The translations under genes and the position numbers were made by a program. Below are positions 1-16,864 of a DNA stretch of 64,000 nucleotides, one piece after another. The stretch covers positions 11,160,001-11,224,000 of the forward strand of contig OZ024748.1 of the NCBI GenBank assembly GCA_964016885.1. Reading direction: 5' to 3'. Within the stretch, counting starts at the first letter, position 1; each line of letters starts with the position of its first letter. The notes beneath the pieces are model-generated. The model did not search any database. It saw nothing but the letters and a program-made list of their open reading frames with translations, and was not told where the DNA came from. This DNA comes from Eledone cirrhosa (Eukaryota).

Positions 1-1178
<1,178 letters not shown>

Positions 1179-1180
<2 letters not shown>

Positions 1181-1261
1181 GGAAAAAAAGACAGCGTTAA
1201 CGGTTGGAGCTTCCTGGCCTATCCAGAAAGCTCCAACCGTTAAGGTTGTCTTTTTTTCCGG
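1179..1261. repeat. Short fold-back hairpin (~35-bp arms)
   Basis: CCGGAAAAAAAGAAC-like arm CCGGAAAAAAAGACAGCGTTAACGGTTGGAGCTT pairs with AAGCTCCAACCGTTAAGGTTGTCTTTTTTTCCGG. Confidence 0.85.
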
Positions 1262-1293
1262 GTATGCCAATATTTTTTTATAAAACAAATCTG

Positions 1294-1359
1294 TATTTTA
1301 TCTGATGAAAGCGCACCATAATTTGCCTTGGTGGCTCTTGAAATATGCATAATAAAATA
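1294..1359 (+). ncRNA. Type I hammerhead ribozyme motif (PLE-type)
   Basis: TATTTTAT-CTGATGA-[stem II AAGCGCACCA/TGGTGGCTCTT]-GAAA-TATGCA-TA-ATAAAATA; 8-bp stem I and near-palindromic stem III. Confidence 0.7.
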
Positions 1360-1711
1360 AATATGGTTTTAAAAATATAGTTTCCATTTATTAATATATT
1401 GTATATATTCATATGATTTATTGATATTTTATCTGAGTGACCCGAATCTTCCTGATCGTAATTTTTCGGTCGTATGGGTGATTTTAGACATAATCTTTGT
1501 GTGTTGGTATTTTAACGATAGTTATAGCTCTGATTTATCTGAATTATTGAGCCCTCTGCCACTCATGTCGAATTTGTTTATCGTGAACTCGTAAGCCGAT
1601 TTTTCGATACTCGATTATTCTACTATATATATATATATATATATTTTATAGTTGAGACAGAAAACAAAACACAAAAAAACAACGTGGAAGCGAAGAGGCA
1701 GTTATATATAT

Positions 1712-2251
1712 ACTAGCCAAATTACCCGCGCCTTGATGCGTTTCGCACATTTTTTGGGTAAGAAACTGATGATTTTTGTTGATAATTTTTGTTGTTATAA
1801 TTCTAGTGATGTTTTGCCATAGATAAAATGTCTAAATTAGCCAAATTTTACTATAAAAGAGAGATGCTTTTTTTGTTGATTTACGTTTAATTAATAGAAA
1901 AACTCCGTGGTAATAGAGGTTCCAATACTCAAGTTATGGATTTCCAAAATTTTCACTATAGGGGGTTTAACCCCGATTAGGGTGTCTTAATATTATTGAA
2001 ATTTGCTGAAATTTTGTGAATAGGCATCATATCTTGTTATTTACCTATGGTTTAAATTTCATATAAATCGAAGGGAAAACATTTTCAGCGAGGGTTTGTG
2101 CCCCCGGAGAAACCCTTTGATTAAAATGAAATATACTTATCCAAGTACCCTGGGTAATGTAGTTGATATATATGGTTATGGGGGTCTATCTCCAAAACCA
2201 TAGGAGTAGATCGTGAACAAACAAACAAACAGACAGGAACTACAACTTTAT
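1712..2251 (-). mobile_element. Non-autonomous Helitron-like element
   Basis: Begins ACTAG...TACCCGCG, the reverse of a hairpin+CTAG 3' end. The other end reads ACAAACAGACAGGAACTACAACTTTATATA next to TA. Confidence 0.5.
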
Positions 2252-2268
2252 ATATATCTATATATATA

Positions 2269-2656
2269 TCATCATCATCATCATCATCATCATCGTTTTA
2301 CGTCTGTTCTTCCACGCTAGCATGGGTTAAACGGGTTGTACTGCTGTGGGCAGTGTCCGGTCGGCTGACCTTGTCTTGCTCATACGGGAACTGATGCTGG
2401 CTTGATTTCTACAGCTGGATGCCCATCCTAACACCAACCTCATTTACAGTGAGTGCTGGGTGCTATTTTTCCGTGGCGCCTACACGTCCACTTTACAGTG
2501 GAATGAAAGGGACCCCAGTCCCTATCATCTCATTTCTACAGCTGAGTAAACTGGAGCAATGTGAAATAAAGTGTCTTGCTCAAGGAAATAACATCATCCG
2601 GTCCGAGAATTGAACTCACAACCTTTCGATTGCAAGCCCAATGCTCTAACCACTAA

Positions 2657-2660
<4 letters not shown>
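2269..2660 (-). mobile_element. SINE(s): (GAT)n-tailed RTE-like 3' end plus tRNA-derived head
   Basis: (CAT)n tail. The body is shared with 30440-30657. The reverse strand has GGCTTAGTGGTTAGAGC...GAGTTCAATTC (A/B boxes). Confidence 0.6.
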
Positions 2661-2708
<48 letters not shown>

Positions 2709-2747
2709 TATATATATACATATACACACACACATATATATACATAT

Positions 2748-2780
<33 letters not shown>

Positions 2781-2819
2781 CATATACACACACACACATA
2801 TATATATATATACATATAA

Positions 2820-2926
<107 letters not shown>

Positions 2927-2954
2927 TATATATATACATACATATACAGTATAT

Positions 2955-5072
<2,118 letters not shown>

Positions 5073-5415
5073 TAAACGGAATAGAAAATGCTGACAAATT
5101 GTTCACAGTTGAAAAATGGTTTAATTAGGAATAAAAGAGTATTAGTGATTGTATGGGTTAGTATTCAGTTGTGGTTTTAAGTTTTTAAGTTTTTACCGGT
5201 TGCGCATTTTTAAATGCTTTTCAAAAATAATTTTGAGAAAGAGTGTCCGTGCTGTTTGCTCTGATCTGATTAGTTTTGGGAATTCTACCTGTTTTTATGT
5301 TAAAAAAATGGCTCCAGCGTTATTTTTGTGTTGCAAAAATGCTTGTGGTCAAAACATATATATGTATATATATATATATATATATATACATACATATACA
5401 GTATATACAAAACAT

Positions 5416-5446
<31 letters not shown>

Positions 5447-5578
5447 CATACATATACAGTATATATATATAAATACATAATCGGAGAAAGCTAAAAGCGA
5501 TACTCCGGCCAAATTCCAACTCACTCAACAAACATTAGGAAATACCTGAGTATATTCCCAATTAAACGTTTGGGGTGC

Positions 5579-8500
5579 TTGTCTCTTTCCTCTCACTTTC
5601 TGTTGCTTAAACCATTTTGTTTGTTCACCCTAACGTTCTCTTTATTTACGTGTCCCAACGACTTTTTTTAGCCGTTGTTCGCACCAACCTGAGGTATATG
5701 GCCCTTAAAGCGATGAAATGCCTGGGACGGTTGGAGGGTCACTGATGAAGGACTCCCCCCTTTTTTATATGTAACCCATTTGCAACGCCGCAGCTCCATT
5801 ATTATCATATTTACACATATTTTTTCCTCTGCTGCCACCCGTCTGTTTCTCTCTTTGTATCTTTACCCTTTCTAGCAGTCTCTCTCTCTGTTAGCCTCTT
5901 CCTCAACTTTCACTCACTCATACCCTGTCACTACCTCTCCTCCACTCCTCTTTCTTCCCGCTTGACCTGTCCGATTTCTTTTCTCGCGCACTCTTGGCCA
6001 AGCCGGTATGAATTTTTTTTCTCTCTCTCTCTCGTCTGCGTCTTCACAGAACTTATGTTTACCGAATTCGCAGACCAGACCCCTTCTTCTTCTTCCTCCC
6101 GTTAGACCTGTGCGAAATTCCTTCCTTGCTCACATTTCAACCAGGTCTGATGGTCTTTATTCTCTAGTAGTTCACGATTTTATCGAGTTTATATTCATAG
6201 AAATCTGGGACTTGTCTCTTTCCTCTCACTTTCTGTTGCTTAAACCATTTTGTTTGTTCACCCTAACGTTCTCTTTATTTACGTGTCCCAACGACTTTTT
6301 TTAGCCGTTGTTCGCACCAACCTGAGGTATATGGCCCTTAAAGCGATGAAATGCCTGGGACGGTTGGAGGGTCACTGATGAAGGACTCCCCCCTTTTTTA
6401 TATGTAACCCATTTGCAACGCCGCAGCTCCATTATTATCATATTTACACATATTTTTTCCTCTGCTGCCACCCGTCTGTTTCTCTCTTTGTATCTTTACC
6501 CTTTCTAGCAGTCTCTCTCTCTGTTAGCCTCTTCCTCAACTTTCACTCACTCATACCCTGTCACTACCTCTCCTCCACTCCTCTTTCTTCCCGCTTGACC
6601 TGTCCGATTTCTTTTCTCGCACACTCTTGGCCAAGCCGGTATGAATTTTTTTTCTCTCTCTCTCTCATCTGCGTCTTCACAGAACTTATGTTTACCGAAT
6701 TCGCAGACCAGACCCCTTCTTCTTCTTCCTCCCGTTAGACCTGTGCGAAATTCCTTCCTTGCTCACATTTCAACCAGGTCTGATGGTCTTTATTCTCTAG
6801 TAGTTCACGATTTTATCGAGTTTATATTCATAGAAATCTGGGACTTGTCTCTTTCCTCTCACTTTCTGTTGCTTAAACCATTTTGTTTGTTCACCCTAAC
6901 GTTCTCTTTATTTACGTGTCCCAACGACTTTTTTTAGCCGTTGTTCGCACCAACCTGAGGTATATGGCCCTTAAAGCGATGAAATGCCTGGGACGGTTGG
7001 AGGGTCACTGATGAAGGACTCCCCCCTTTTTTATATGTAACCCATTTGCAACGCCGCAGCTCCATTATTATCATATTTACACATATTTTTTCCTCTGCTG
7101 CCACCCGTCTGTTTCTCTCTTTGTATCTTTACCCTTTCTAGCAGTCTCTCTCTCTGTTAGCCTCTTCCTCAACTTTCACTCACTCATACCCTGTCACTAC
7201 CTCTCCTCCACTCCTCTTTCTTCCCGCTTGACCTGTCCGATTTCTTTTCTCGCGCACTCTTGGCCAAGCCGGTATGAATTTTTTTTCTCTCTCTCTCTCG
7301 TCTGCGTCTTCACAGAACTTATGTTTACCGAATTCGCAGACCAGACCCCTTCTTCTTCTTCCTCCCGTTAGACCTGTGCGAAATTCCTTCCTTGCTCACA
7401 TTTCAACCAGGTCTGATGGTCTTTATTCTCTAGTAGTTCACGATTTTATCGAGTTTATATTCATAGAAATCTGGGACTTGTCTCTTTCCTCTCACTTTCT
7501 GTTGCTTAAACCATTTTGTTTGTTCACCCTAACGTTCTCTTTATTTACGTGTCCCAACGACTTTTTTTAGCCGTTGTTCGCACCAACCTGAGGTATATGG
7601 CCCTTAAAGCGATGAAATGCCTGGGACGGTTGGAGGGTCACTGATGAAGGACTCCCCCCTTTTTTATATGTAACCCATTTGCAACGCCGCAGCTCCATTA
7701 TTATCATATTTACACATATTTTTTCCTCTGCTGCCACCCGTCTGTTTCTCTCTTTGTATCTTTACCCTTTCTAGCAGTCTCTCTCTCTGTTAGCCTCTTC
7801 CTCAACTTTCACTCACTCATACCCTGTCACTACCTCTCCTCCACTCCTCTTTCTTCCCGCTTGACCTGTCCGATTTCTTTTCTCGCACACTCTTGGCCAA
7901 GCCGGTATGAATTTTTTTTCTCTCTCTCTCTCATCTGCGTCTTCACAGAACTTATGTTTACCGAATTCGCAGACCAGACCCCTTCTTCTTCTTCCTCCCG
8001 TTAGACCTGTGCGAAATTCCTTCCTTGCTCACATTTCAACCAGGTCTGATGGTCTTTATTCTCTAGTAGTTCACGATTTTATCGAGTTTATATTCATAGA
8101 AATCTGGGACTTGTCTCTTTCCTCTCACTTTCTGTTGCTTAAACCATTTTGTTTGTTCACCCTAACGTTCTCTTTATTTACGTGTCCCAACAACTTTTTT
8201 TAGCCGTTGTTCGCACCAACCTGAGGTATATGGCCCTTAAAGCGATGAAATGCCTGGGACGGTTGGAGGGTCACTGATGAAGGACTCCCCCCTTTTTTAT
8301 ATGTAACCCATTTGCAACGCCGCAGCTCCATTATTATCATATTTACACATATTTTTTCCTCTGCTGCCACCCGTCTGTTTCTCTCTTTGTATCTTTACCC
8401 TTTCTAGCAGTCTCTCTGTTAGCCTCTTCCTCAACTTTCACTCACTCATACCCTGTCACTACCTCTCCTCCACTCCTCTTTCTTCCCGCTTGACCTGTCC

Positions 8501-11500
8501 GATTTCTTTTCTCGCGCACTCTTGGCCAAGCCGGTATGAATTTTTTTTCTCTCTCTCTCTCGTCTGCGTCTTCACAGAACTTATGTTTACCGAATTCGCA
8601 GACCAGACCCCTTCTTCTTCTTCCTCCCGTTAGACCTGTGCGAAATTCCTTCCTTGCTCACATTTCAACCAGGTCTGATGGTCTTTATTCTCTAGTAGTT
8701 CACGATTTTATCGAGTTTATATTCATAGAAATCTGGGACTTGTCTCTTTCCTCTCACTTTCTGTTGCTTAAACCATTTTGTTTGTTCACCCTAACGTTCT
8801 CTTTATTTACGTGTCCCAACGACTTTTTTTAGCCGTTGTTCGCACCAACCTGAGGTATATGGCCCTTAAAGCGATGAAATGCCTGGGACGGTTGGAGGGT
8901 CACTGATGAAGGACTCCCCCCTTTTTTATATGTAACCCATTTGCAACGCCGCAGCTCCATTATTATCATATTTACACATATTTTTTCCTCTGCTGCCACC
9001 CGTCTGTTTCTCTCTTTGTATCTTTACCCTTTCTAGCAGTCTCTCTCTCTGTTAGCCTCTTCCTCAACTTTCACTCACTCATACCCTGTCACTACCTCTC
9101 CTCCACTCCTCTTTCTTCCCGCTTGACCTGTCCGATTTCTTTTCTCGCGCACTCTTGGCCAAGCCGGTATGAATTTTTTTTCTCTCTCTCTCTCGTCTGC
9201 GTCTTCACAGAACTTATGTTTACCGAATTCGCAGACCAGACCCCTTCTTCTTCTTCCTCCCGTTAGACCTGTGCGAAATTCCTTCCTTGCTCACATTTCA
9301 ACCAGGTCTGATGGTCTTTATTCTCTAGTAGTTCACGATTTTATCGAGTTTATATTCATAGAAATCTGGGACTTGTCTCTTTCCTCTCACTTTCTGTTGC
9401 TTAAACCATTTTGTTTGTTCACCCTAACGTTCTCTTTATTTACGTGTCCCAACGACTTTTTTTAGCCGTTGTTCGCACCAACCTGAGGTATATGGCCCTT
9501 AAAGCGATGAAATGCCTGGGACGGTTGGAGGGTCACTGATGAAGGACTCCCCCCTTTTTTATATGTAACCCATTTGCAACGCCGCAGCTCCATTATTATC
9601 ATATTTACACATATTTTTTCCTCTGCTGCCACCCGTCTGTTTCTCTCTTTGTATCTTTACCCTTTCTAGCAGTCTCTCTCTCTGTTAGCCTCTTCCTCAA
9701 CTTTCACTCACTCATACCCTGTCACTACCTCTCCTCCACTCCTCTTTCTTCCCGCTTGACCTGTCCGATTTCTTTTCTCGCGCACTCTTGGCCAAGCCGG
9801 TATGAATTTTTTTTCTCTCTCTCTCTCGTCTGCGTCTTCACAGAACTTATGTTTACCGAATTCGCAGACCAGACCCCTTCTTCTTCTTCCTCCCGTTAGA
9901 CCTGTGCGAAATTCCTTCCTTGCTCACATTTCAACCAGGTCTGATGGTCTTTATTCTCTAGTAGTTCACGATTTTATCGAGTTTATATTCATAGAAATCT
10001 GGGACTTGTCTCTTTCCTCTCACTTTCTGTTGCTTAAACCATTTTGTTTGTTCACCCTAACGTTCTCTTTATTTACGTGTCCCAACGACTTTTTTTAGCC
10101 GTTGTTCGCACCAACCTGAGGTATATGGCCCTTAAAGCGATGAAATGCCTGGGACGGTTGGAGGGTCACTGATGAAGGACTCCCCCCTTTTTTATATGTA
10201 ACCCATTTGCAACGCCGCAGCTCCATTATTATCATATTTACACATATTTTTTCCTCTGCTGCCACCCGTCTGTTTCTCTCTTTGTATCTTTACCCTTTCT
10301 AGCAGTCTCTCTCTCTGTTAGCCTCTTCCTCAACTTTCACTCACTCATACCCTGTCACTACCTCTCCTCCACTCCTCTTTCTTCCCGCTTGACCTGTCCG
10401 ATTTCTTTTCTCGCGCACTCTTGGCCAAGCCGGTATGAATTTTTTTTCTCTCTCTCTCTCGTCTGCGTCTTCACAGAACTTATGTTTACCGAATTTGCAG
10501 ACCAGACCCCTTCTTCTTCTTCCTCCCGTTAGACCTGTGCGAAATTCCTTCCTTGCTCACATTTCAACCAGGTCTGATGGTCTTTATTCTCTAGTAGTTC
10601 ACGATTTTATCGAGTTTATATTCATAGAAATCTGGGACTTGTCTCTTTCCTCTCACTTTCTGTTGCTTAAACCATTTTGTTTGTTCACCCTAACGTTCTC
10701 TTTATTTACGTGTCCCAACGACTTTTTTTAGCCGTTGTTCGCACCAACCTGAGGTATATGGCCCTTAAAGCGATGAAATGCCTGGGACGGTTGGAGGGTC
10801 ACTGATGAAGGACTCCCCCCTTTTTTATATGTAACCCATTTGCAACGCCGCAGCTCCATTATTATCATATTTACACATATTTTTTCCTCTGCTGCCACCC
10901 GTCTGTTTCTCTCTTTGTATCTTTACCCTTTCTAGCAGTCTCTCTGTTAGCCTCTTCCTCAACTTTCACTCACTCATACCCTGTCACTACCTCTCCTCCA
11001 CTCCTCTTTCTTCCCGCTTGACCTGTCCGATTTCTTTTCTCGCGCACTCTTGGCCAAGCCGGTATGAATTTTTTTTCTCTCTCTCTCTCGTCTGCGTCTT
11101 CACAGAACTTATGTTTACCGAATTCGCAGACCAGACCCCTTCTTCTTCTTCCTCCCGTTAGACCTGTGCGAAATTCCTTCCTTGCTCACATTTCAACCAG
11201 GTCTGATGGTCTTTATTCTCTAGTAGTTCACGATTTTATCGAGTTTATATTCATAGAAATCTGGGACTTGTCTCTTTCCTCTCACTTTCTGTTGCTTAAA
11301 CCATTTTGTTTGTTCACCCTAACGTTCTCTTTATTTACGTGTCCCAACGACTTTTTTTAGCCGTTGTTCGCACCAACCTGAGGTATATGGCCCTTAAAGC
11401 GATGAAATGCCTGGGACGGTTGGAGGGTCACTGATGAAGGACTCCCCCCTTTTTTATATGTAACCCATTTGCAACGCCGCAGCTCCATTATTATCATATT

Positions 11501-12757
11501 TACACATATTTTTTCCTCTGCTGCCACCCGTCTGTTTCTCTCTTTGTATCTTTACCCTTTCTAGCAGTCTCTCTCTCTGTTAGCCTCTTCCTCAACTTTC
11601 ACTCACTCATACCCTGTCACTACCTCTCCTCCACTCCTCTTTCTTCCCGCTTGACCTGTCCGATTTCTTTTCTCGCGCACTCTTGGCCAAGCCGGTATGA
11701 ATTTTTTTTCTCTCTCTCTCTCGTCTGCGTCTTCACAGAACTTATGTTTACCGAATTCGCAGACCAGACCCCTTCTTCTTCTTCCTCCCGTTAGACCTGT
11801 GCGAAATTCCTTCCTTGCTCACATTTCAACCAGGTCTGATGGTCTTTATTCTCTAGTAGTTCACGATTTTATCGAGTTTATATTCATAGAAATCTGGGAC
11901 TTGTCTCTTTCCTCTCACTTTCTGTTGCTTAAACCATTTTGTTTGTTCACCCTAACGTTCTCTTTATTTACGTGTCCCAACGACTTTTTTTAGCCGTTGT
12001 TCGCACCAACCTGAGGTATATGGCCCTTAAAGCGATGAAATGCCTGGGACGGTTGGAGGGTCACTGATGAAGGACTCCCCCCTTTTTTATATGTAACCCA
12101 TTTGCAACGCCGCAGCTCCATTATTATCATATTTACACATATTTTTTCCTCTGCTGCCACCCGTCTGTTTCTCTCTTTGTATCTTTACCCTTTCTAGCAG
12201 TCTCTCTCTCTGTTAGCCTCTTCCTCAACTTTCACTCACTCATACCCTGTCACTACCTCTCCTCCACTCCTCTTTCTTCCCGCTTGACCTGTCCGATTTC
12301 TTTTCTCGCGCACTCTTGGCCAAGCCGGTATGAATTTTTTTCTCTCTCTCTCTCGTCTGCGTCTTCACAGAACTTATGTTTACCGAATTCGCAGACCAGA
12401 CCCCTTCTTCTTCTTCCTCCCGTTAGACCTGTGCGAAATTCCTTCCTTGCTCACATTTCAACCAGGTCTGATGGTCTTTATTCTCTAGTAGTTCACGATT
12501 TTATCGAGTTTATATTCATAGAAATCTGGGACTTGTCTCTTTCCTCTCACTTTCTGTTGCTTAAACCATTTTGTTTGTTCACCCTAACGTTCTCTTTATT
12601 TACGTGTCCCAACGACTTTTTTTAGCCGTTGTTCGCACCAACCTGAGGTATATGGCCCTTAAAGCGATGAAATGCCTGGGACGGTTGGAGGGTCACTGAT
12701 GAAGGACTCCCCCCTTTTTTATATGTAACCCATTTGCAACGCCGCAGCTCCATTATT

Positions 12758-12762
<5 letters not shown>
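5579..12762. repeat. 633-bp unit tandem array, ~11.3 near-identical copies
   Basis: An identical spurious 98-aa ORF recurs every 629-633 bp. The array starts abruptly inside a 679-family copy and ends in (TA)n. Confidence 0.95.
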
Positions 12763-12810
<48 letters not shown>

Positions 12811-13105
12811 GAATATATATATATACGTATGTATCATAATTGTTTCTACTTTAGGCACAAGGCCATAATGCAAACAAAACAAAAATTTAAAAATAAAAAA
12901 TAAAAGAAAAAACAGAAAAATAGATTCTTTATTGTGATTTAGAATGAATTATTAGTAATTTAGAATGAATTATTAAATTATTAATTGTTAACTATCGGGT
13001 CTGTTATTGAAGGAATATCTGCATCAACCATCTCCCAAAAATCTGGCCTGCAACAAAAAATTAGAATTGTCGTGATAATAAAACACTCGATGTAACAAGG
13101 GGGTA

Positions 13106-13156
<51 letters not shown>

Positions 13157-13165
13157 TGAGTGAGT

Positions 13166-13203
<38 letters not shown>

Positions 13204-13217
13204 AAGAAAGAGATATA

Positions 13218-13269
<52 letters not shown>

Positions 13270-14334
13270 AATAAAGAGATATACAAAGAGAGAGTGGTTT
13301 ACGTTCTAAACATTTTGAGTGGACTATTTAAGCATTTTAACTCTGAAGACATCTTTGTTATAAAAACTAATCGTGACTCAATACAGGTAGAAACAATTGT
13401 CAGTGTATTGAGTCACGATTAGTTTTTACAACGCAGGTGGCTTTAGAGGGGGAAGTCGATTAAATCGACCCCAGTACATTACTGGTACTTTATTTTATCG
13501 ACCCCGTAAGGTTGAAAGGCAAAGTTAAACTCGTCATATTGATAATTAAAACTGTGTTTGTTTCTAACGAAACCGTGGAATTTCCACGAGGTTAGCTGGT
13601 AAATATAAAGATAAATATCTTACACTTTTGGGTGCATTATGCCCTCTTTTTTCCAAACGTCTGTCAGCGATGGTTTGTAATCCCCTTTCGCGTGTTTAAT
13701 AAGTTCATCCCAAGTCAAATCACTTTGAAGAAACAGGTGGAACGAAGCGTCGGAAACATAATCTTTCAGAGCCGTGCATCTAAAATAAACCGAAAACACT
13801 CTTACTATATCCATGGTGTGTTTTTTTTTTTTTTATCTTACTAGAATTTTTTTCAATACGCTGCCGCGTATGTGTGTGTGTTTATGCATGCATTTATATG
13901 TATGAGTATGTAAATATAAACGTGCAAACACATACACACTTACAAAAATATACACTCACAGATATATATTCACACAAATGCACATACATTTACACAAACA
14001 CACAATACATTCACACAAATACACATACATTCACACAAACACACACACACACATTCACACAAATACACATACATTCACACAAATACACACATACATTCAC
14101 ACAAATACACATACATTCACACAAACACACACATACATTCACACAAACACATACATTCACACAAACAAACACATACATTCACACAAACACATACATTCAC
14201 ACAAACAAACACATACATTCACACACACACGCACATAGTTACACAAACACACGGTGTAGCAAATGGGACGCCAACCGCTGTTTTGCTATAGTTTTTCCAC
14301 CATCCTTTTCTTTCCTTTTACACGCTCATACATT

Positions 14335-14375
<41 letters not shown>

Positions 14376-14465
14376 TGTGTGGCGGACGGTGGTCGCTCAA
14401 ATTTATATAGAGATTCAACATCATCATCATCACCATCACCACCACCAAATACCAAACTTCAAAAA

Positions 14466-14622
14466 ATAGTTGTCTCTACTTTTGGCACAAGGCCAGCAAT
14501 TATCCCAGTGCATTACTGGTACTCCATTTTATCGACCTCGGCGGGATTTGAACTTAGATCATAAGGGGGCGTAACTCTATGCTACAAAGCATGGCGTCCG
14601 ACCCTCTACCGATTCTGCCATT
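14466..14622 (-). mobile_element. tRNA-derived SINE, family A (partial)
   Basis: Shares the family motifs ACTTTTGGCACAAGGCCAGCAATT and CGGGATTTGAACT. Confidence 0.7.
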
Positions 14623-14875
14623 CAAAAAATAGTGAAGACTCAACATAATGGACTAAATAACCAAGTTTATGGCTGTGCTACAGCATGGCCACAGTCTAAT
14701 GGCTGAGACCAGTATGAGAATATTACAGGCATCCAAATGTGTAGAGAAATATTGTACTTACTCTTGTAGAAATTTCTGAAGGCCTAGCATCCGATCAGCA
14801 ATACAATCTTCGTCAAATTTATTATTGAAATATAAATGTTCTGGTAATTTGGGAGCTTTTCTGGAATATATATAT

Positions 14876-14961
14876 AATTTGTCAAGCTATTTAAAAGTAA
14901 TGTTATTACTCAAAGGACCTACCCTTATTGAGTATGTATATATATATATATATGTGTGCGT

Positions 14962-15035
<74 letters not shown>

Positions 15036-15121
15036 GTATATATATATATATATATATATACATACTCAATAAGGGTAGGTCCTTAGAGTAATAACATTGT
15101 GTTTAAATAGCTTGACAAATT
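14876..15121. repeat. ~60-bp inverted repeats flanking a (TA/CA)n tract
   Basis: AATTTGTCAAGCTATTTAAA...CCCTTATTGAGTATG pairs with CATACTCAATAAGGG...TTTAAATAGCTTGACAAATT. Confidence 0.85.
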
Positions 15122-15184
15122 GAAAATTGCGGTAATACATACATACATATATATACACACATATATATATATATACATATATAT

Positions 15185-15246
<62 letters not shown>

Positions 15247-15254
15247 GTAATATT

Positions 15255-15432
15255 AATTGTTTCTACTTTTAGCACAAGGCCAGCAATTATCCCAGTACAT
15301 TACTGGTACTTTATTTTATCGACCCCGTAAGGATGAAAGGCAAAGTAAACCTCGGCGGGAATTGTACTTAGATCGTAAAGGGACGTAACTATGCTGGAAA
15401 GCATATCCTACCCTCTACTGATACTGCCAATT
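15255..15432 (-). mobile_element. tRNA-derived SINE, family A
   Basis: Core TTTATCGACCCCGTAAGGATGAAAGGCAAAG, repeated many times across the window. Confidence 0.75.
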
Positions 15433-15914
15433 CATAATATTAATGAGAGTAAATTTTACTCATTTACTAGGTGTATTTTAACTCAATGCAATGATAAGAA
15501 CATGCAGAGCTGTTATATAGTTACAATTTGATTACAAACCAAAAGTTCAAGGCTTTAATTACCTACAATAGTTTCTTCCCATAGTAATAGACCACATATA
15601 GCAATCTATTTTATTTAACAATTTGCTATCAGTTAGCATAGACTATAGGCGTCCTCAGAGTTTATTTAAAGTACCAATACGAATCACTCAAGAAAAAAAA
15701 ACAAATAATATATATCACTTATTAAAATATCAAAATAAATCCCAGTTCGATCTATATTTATAACTGATGACACCCATAGTCTGTGCTAACTAAAGGCAAA
15801 TTGATTTTACATCTCTCTCTCTCACACTATTTCTCTCTCTTTCTCACTATCGATCTATCAAACAAACAAAACATAGGAGGCAATTTTAGTTATATTAGGT
15901 TCACGCTTGGAGGA

Positions 15915-16008
<94 letters not shown>

Positions 16009-16041
16009 GTGTATATATATATGTGTATATAAATATATATG

Positions 16042-16094
<53 letters not shown>

Positions 16095-16099
16095 GTATG

Positions 16100-16219
<120 letters not shown>

Positions 16220-16242
16220 TGTATATATATATATGTATATAT

Positions 16243-16772
16243 CTAAGGCGGGTAAAATTCCCGAGATCCATGGACGAGTTCTCTCCAGCGGTCTCTGTCC
16301 CTCATTATCGCTGCCATATCCTGCATCTCCAACAGACCAGTGTCTGTCCTTAGGGCATCAACATATGTTAACCTTGGTCTTCCTCTTCTAGTGTGTCCAT
16401 GTAGGGGCTACCAAAGGAGCACTGAGTGCAATGTCAACTCTGGATGTCGGTGAGCATGTCCAGCCAACCTCAGTCTCCTCTGTGTCACTTTTGAGCTGAC
16501 GTTTGGGATGCTCCCATACAGCTCTGAGTTTTTCATCCTCAGTGTATACTGATTAATGTTCAGAGCCATCCTCAGCATTCTCGTGTAGCACCCATCCACC
16601 ATCTGAGTGAGTCTCTTGGTCAGTGTCCAAGTCTCAGACCCATACAGCAGCACAGACTCCACTACAGCAATGAAGAGGCGGATTTTCAGGTCTCTACGAA
16701 GGTCCGACTTCCACACCGATCTCAAGCTGTGACACGCCGCCCAGGCCTTGCTCTTCCTCTCAACCACATCAT
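16243..16772 (-). mobile_element. RTE-clade LINE 3' fragment (RT C-terminal region)
   Basis: WKSDLRRDLKIRLFIAVVESVLLYGSETWTLTK...RRLRLAGH. The 3' end GATCTCGGGAATTTTACCCGCCTTAG also occurs alone at ~32358-32385. Confidence 0.85.
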
Positions 16773-16864
16773 CTGTATATATATATGTATATACATGTAT
16801 ATACATATGTATATATATATGTATATATATATATGTATATATATATATATGTATATATATATGT

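Noticed and set aside
5735-5800. CTGATGAAGG in the 633-bp unit as a hammerhead
   Set aside because: No GAAA with consistent stems I/III found in any permutation by eye.
6008-12625. Repeated 98-aa ORF
   Set aside because: By-product of a pyrimidine-rich tandem unit; no recognisable domain, and frameshifted in the last unit.
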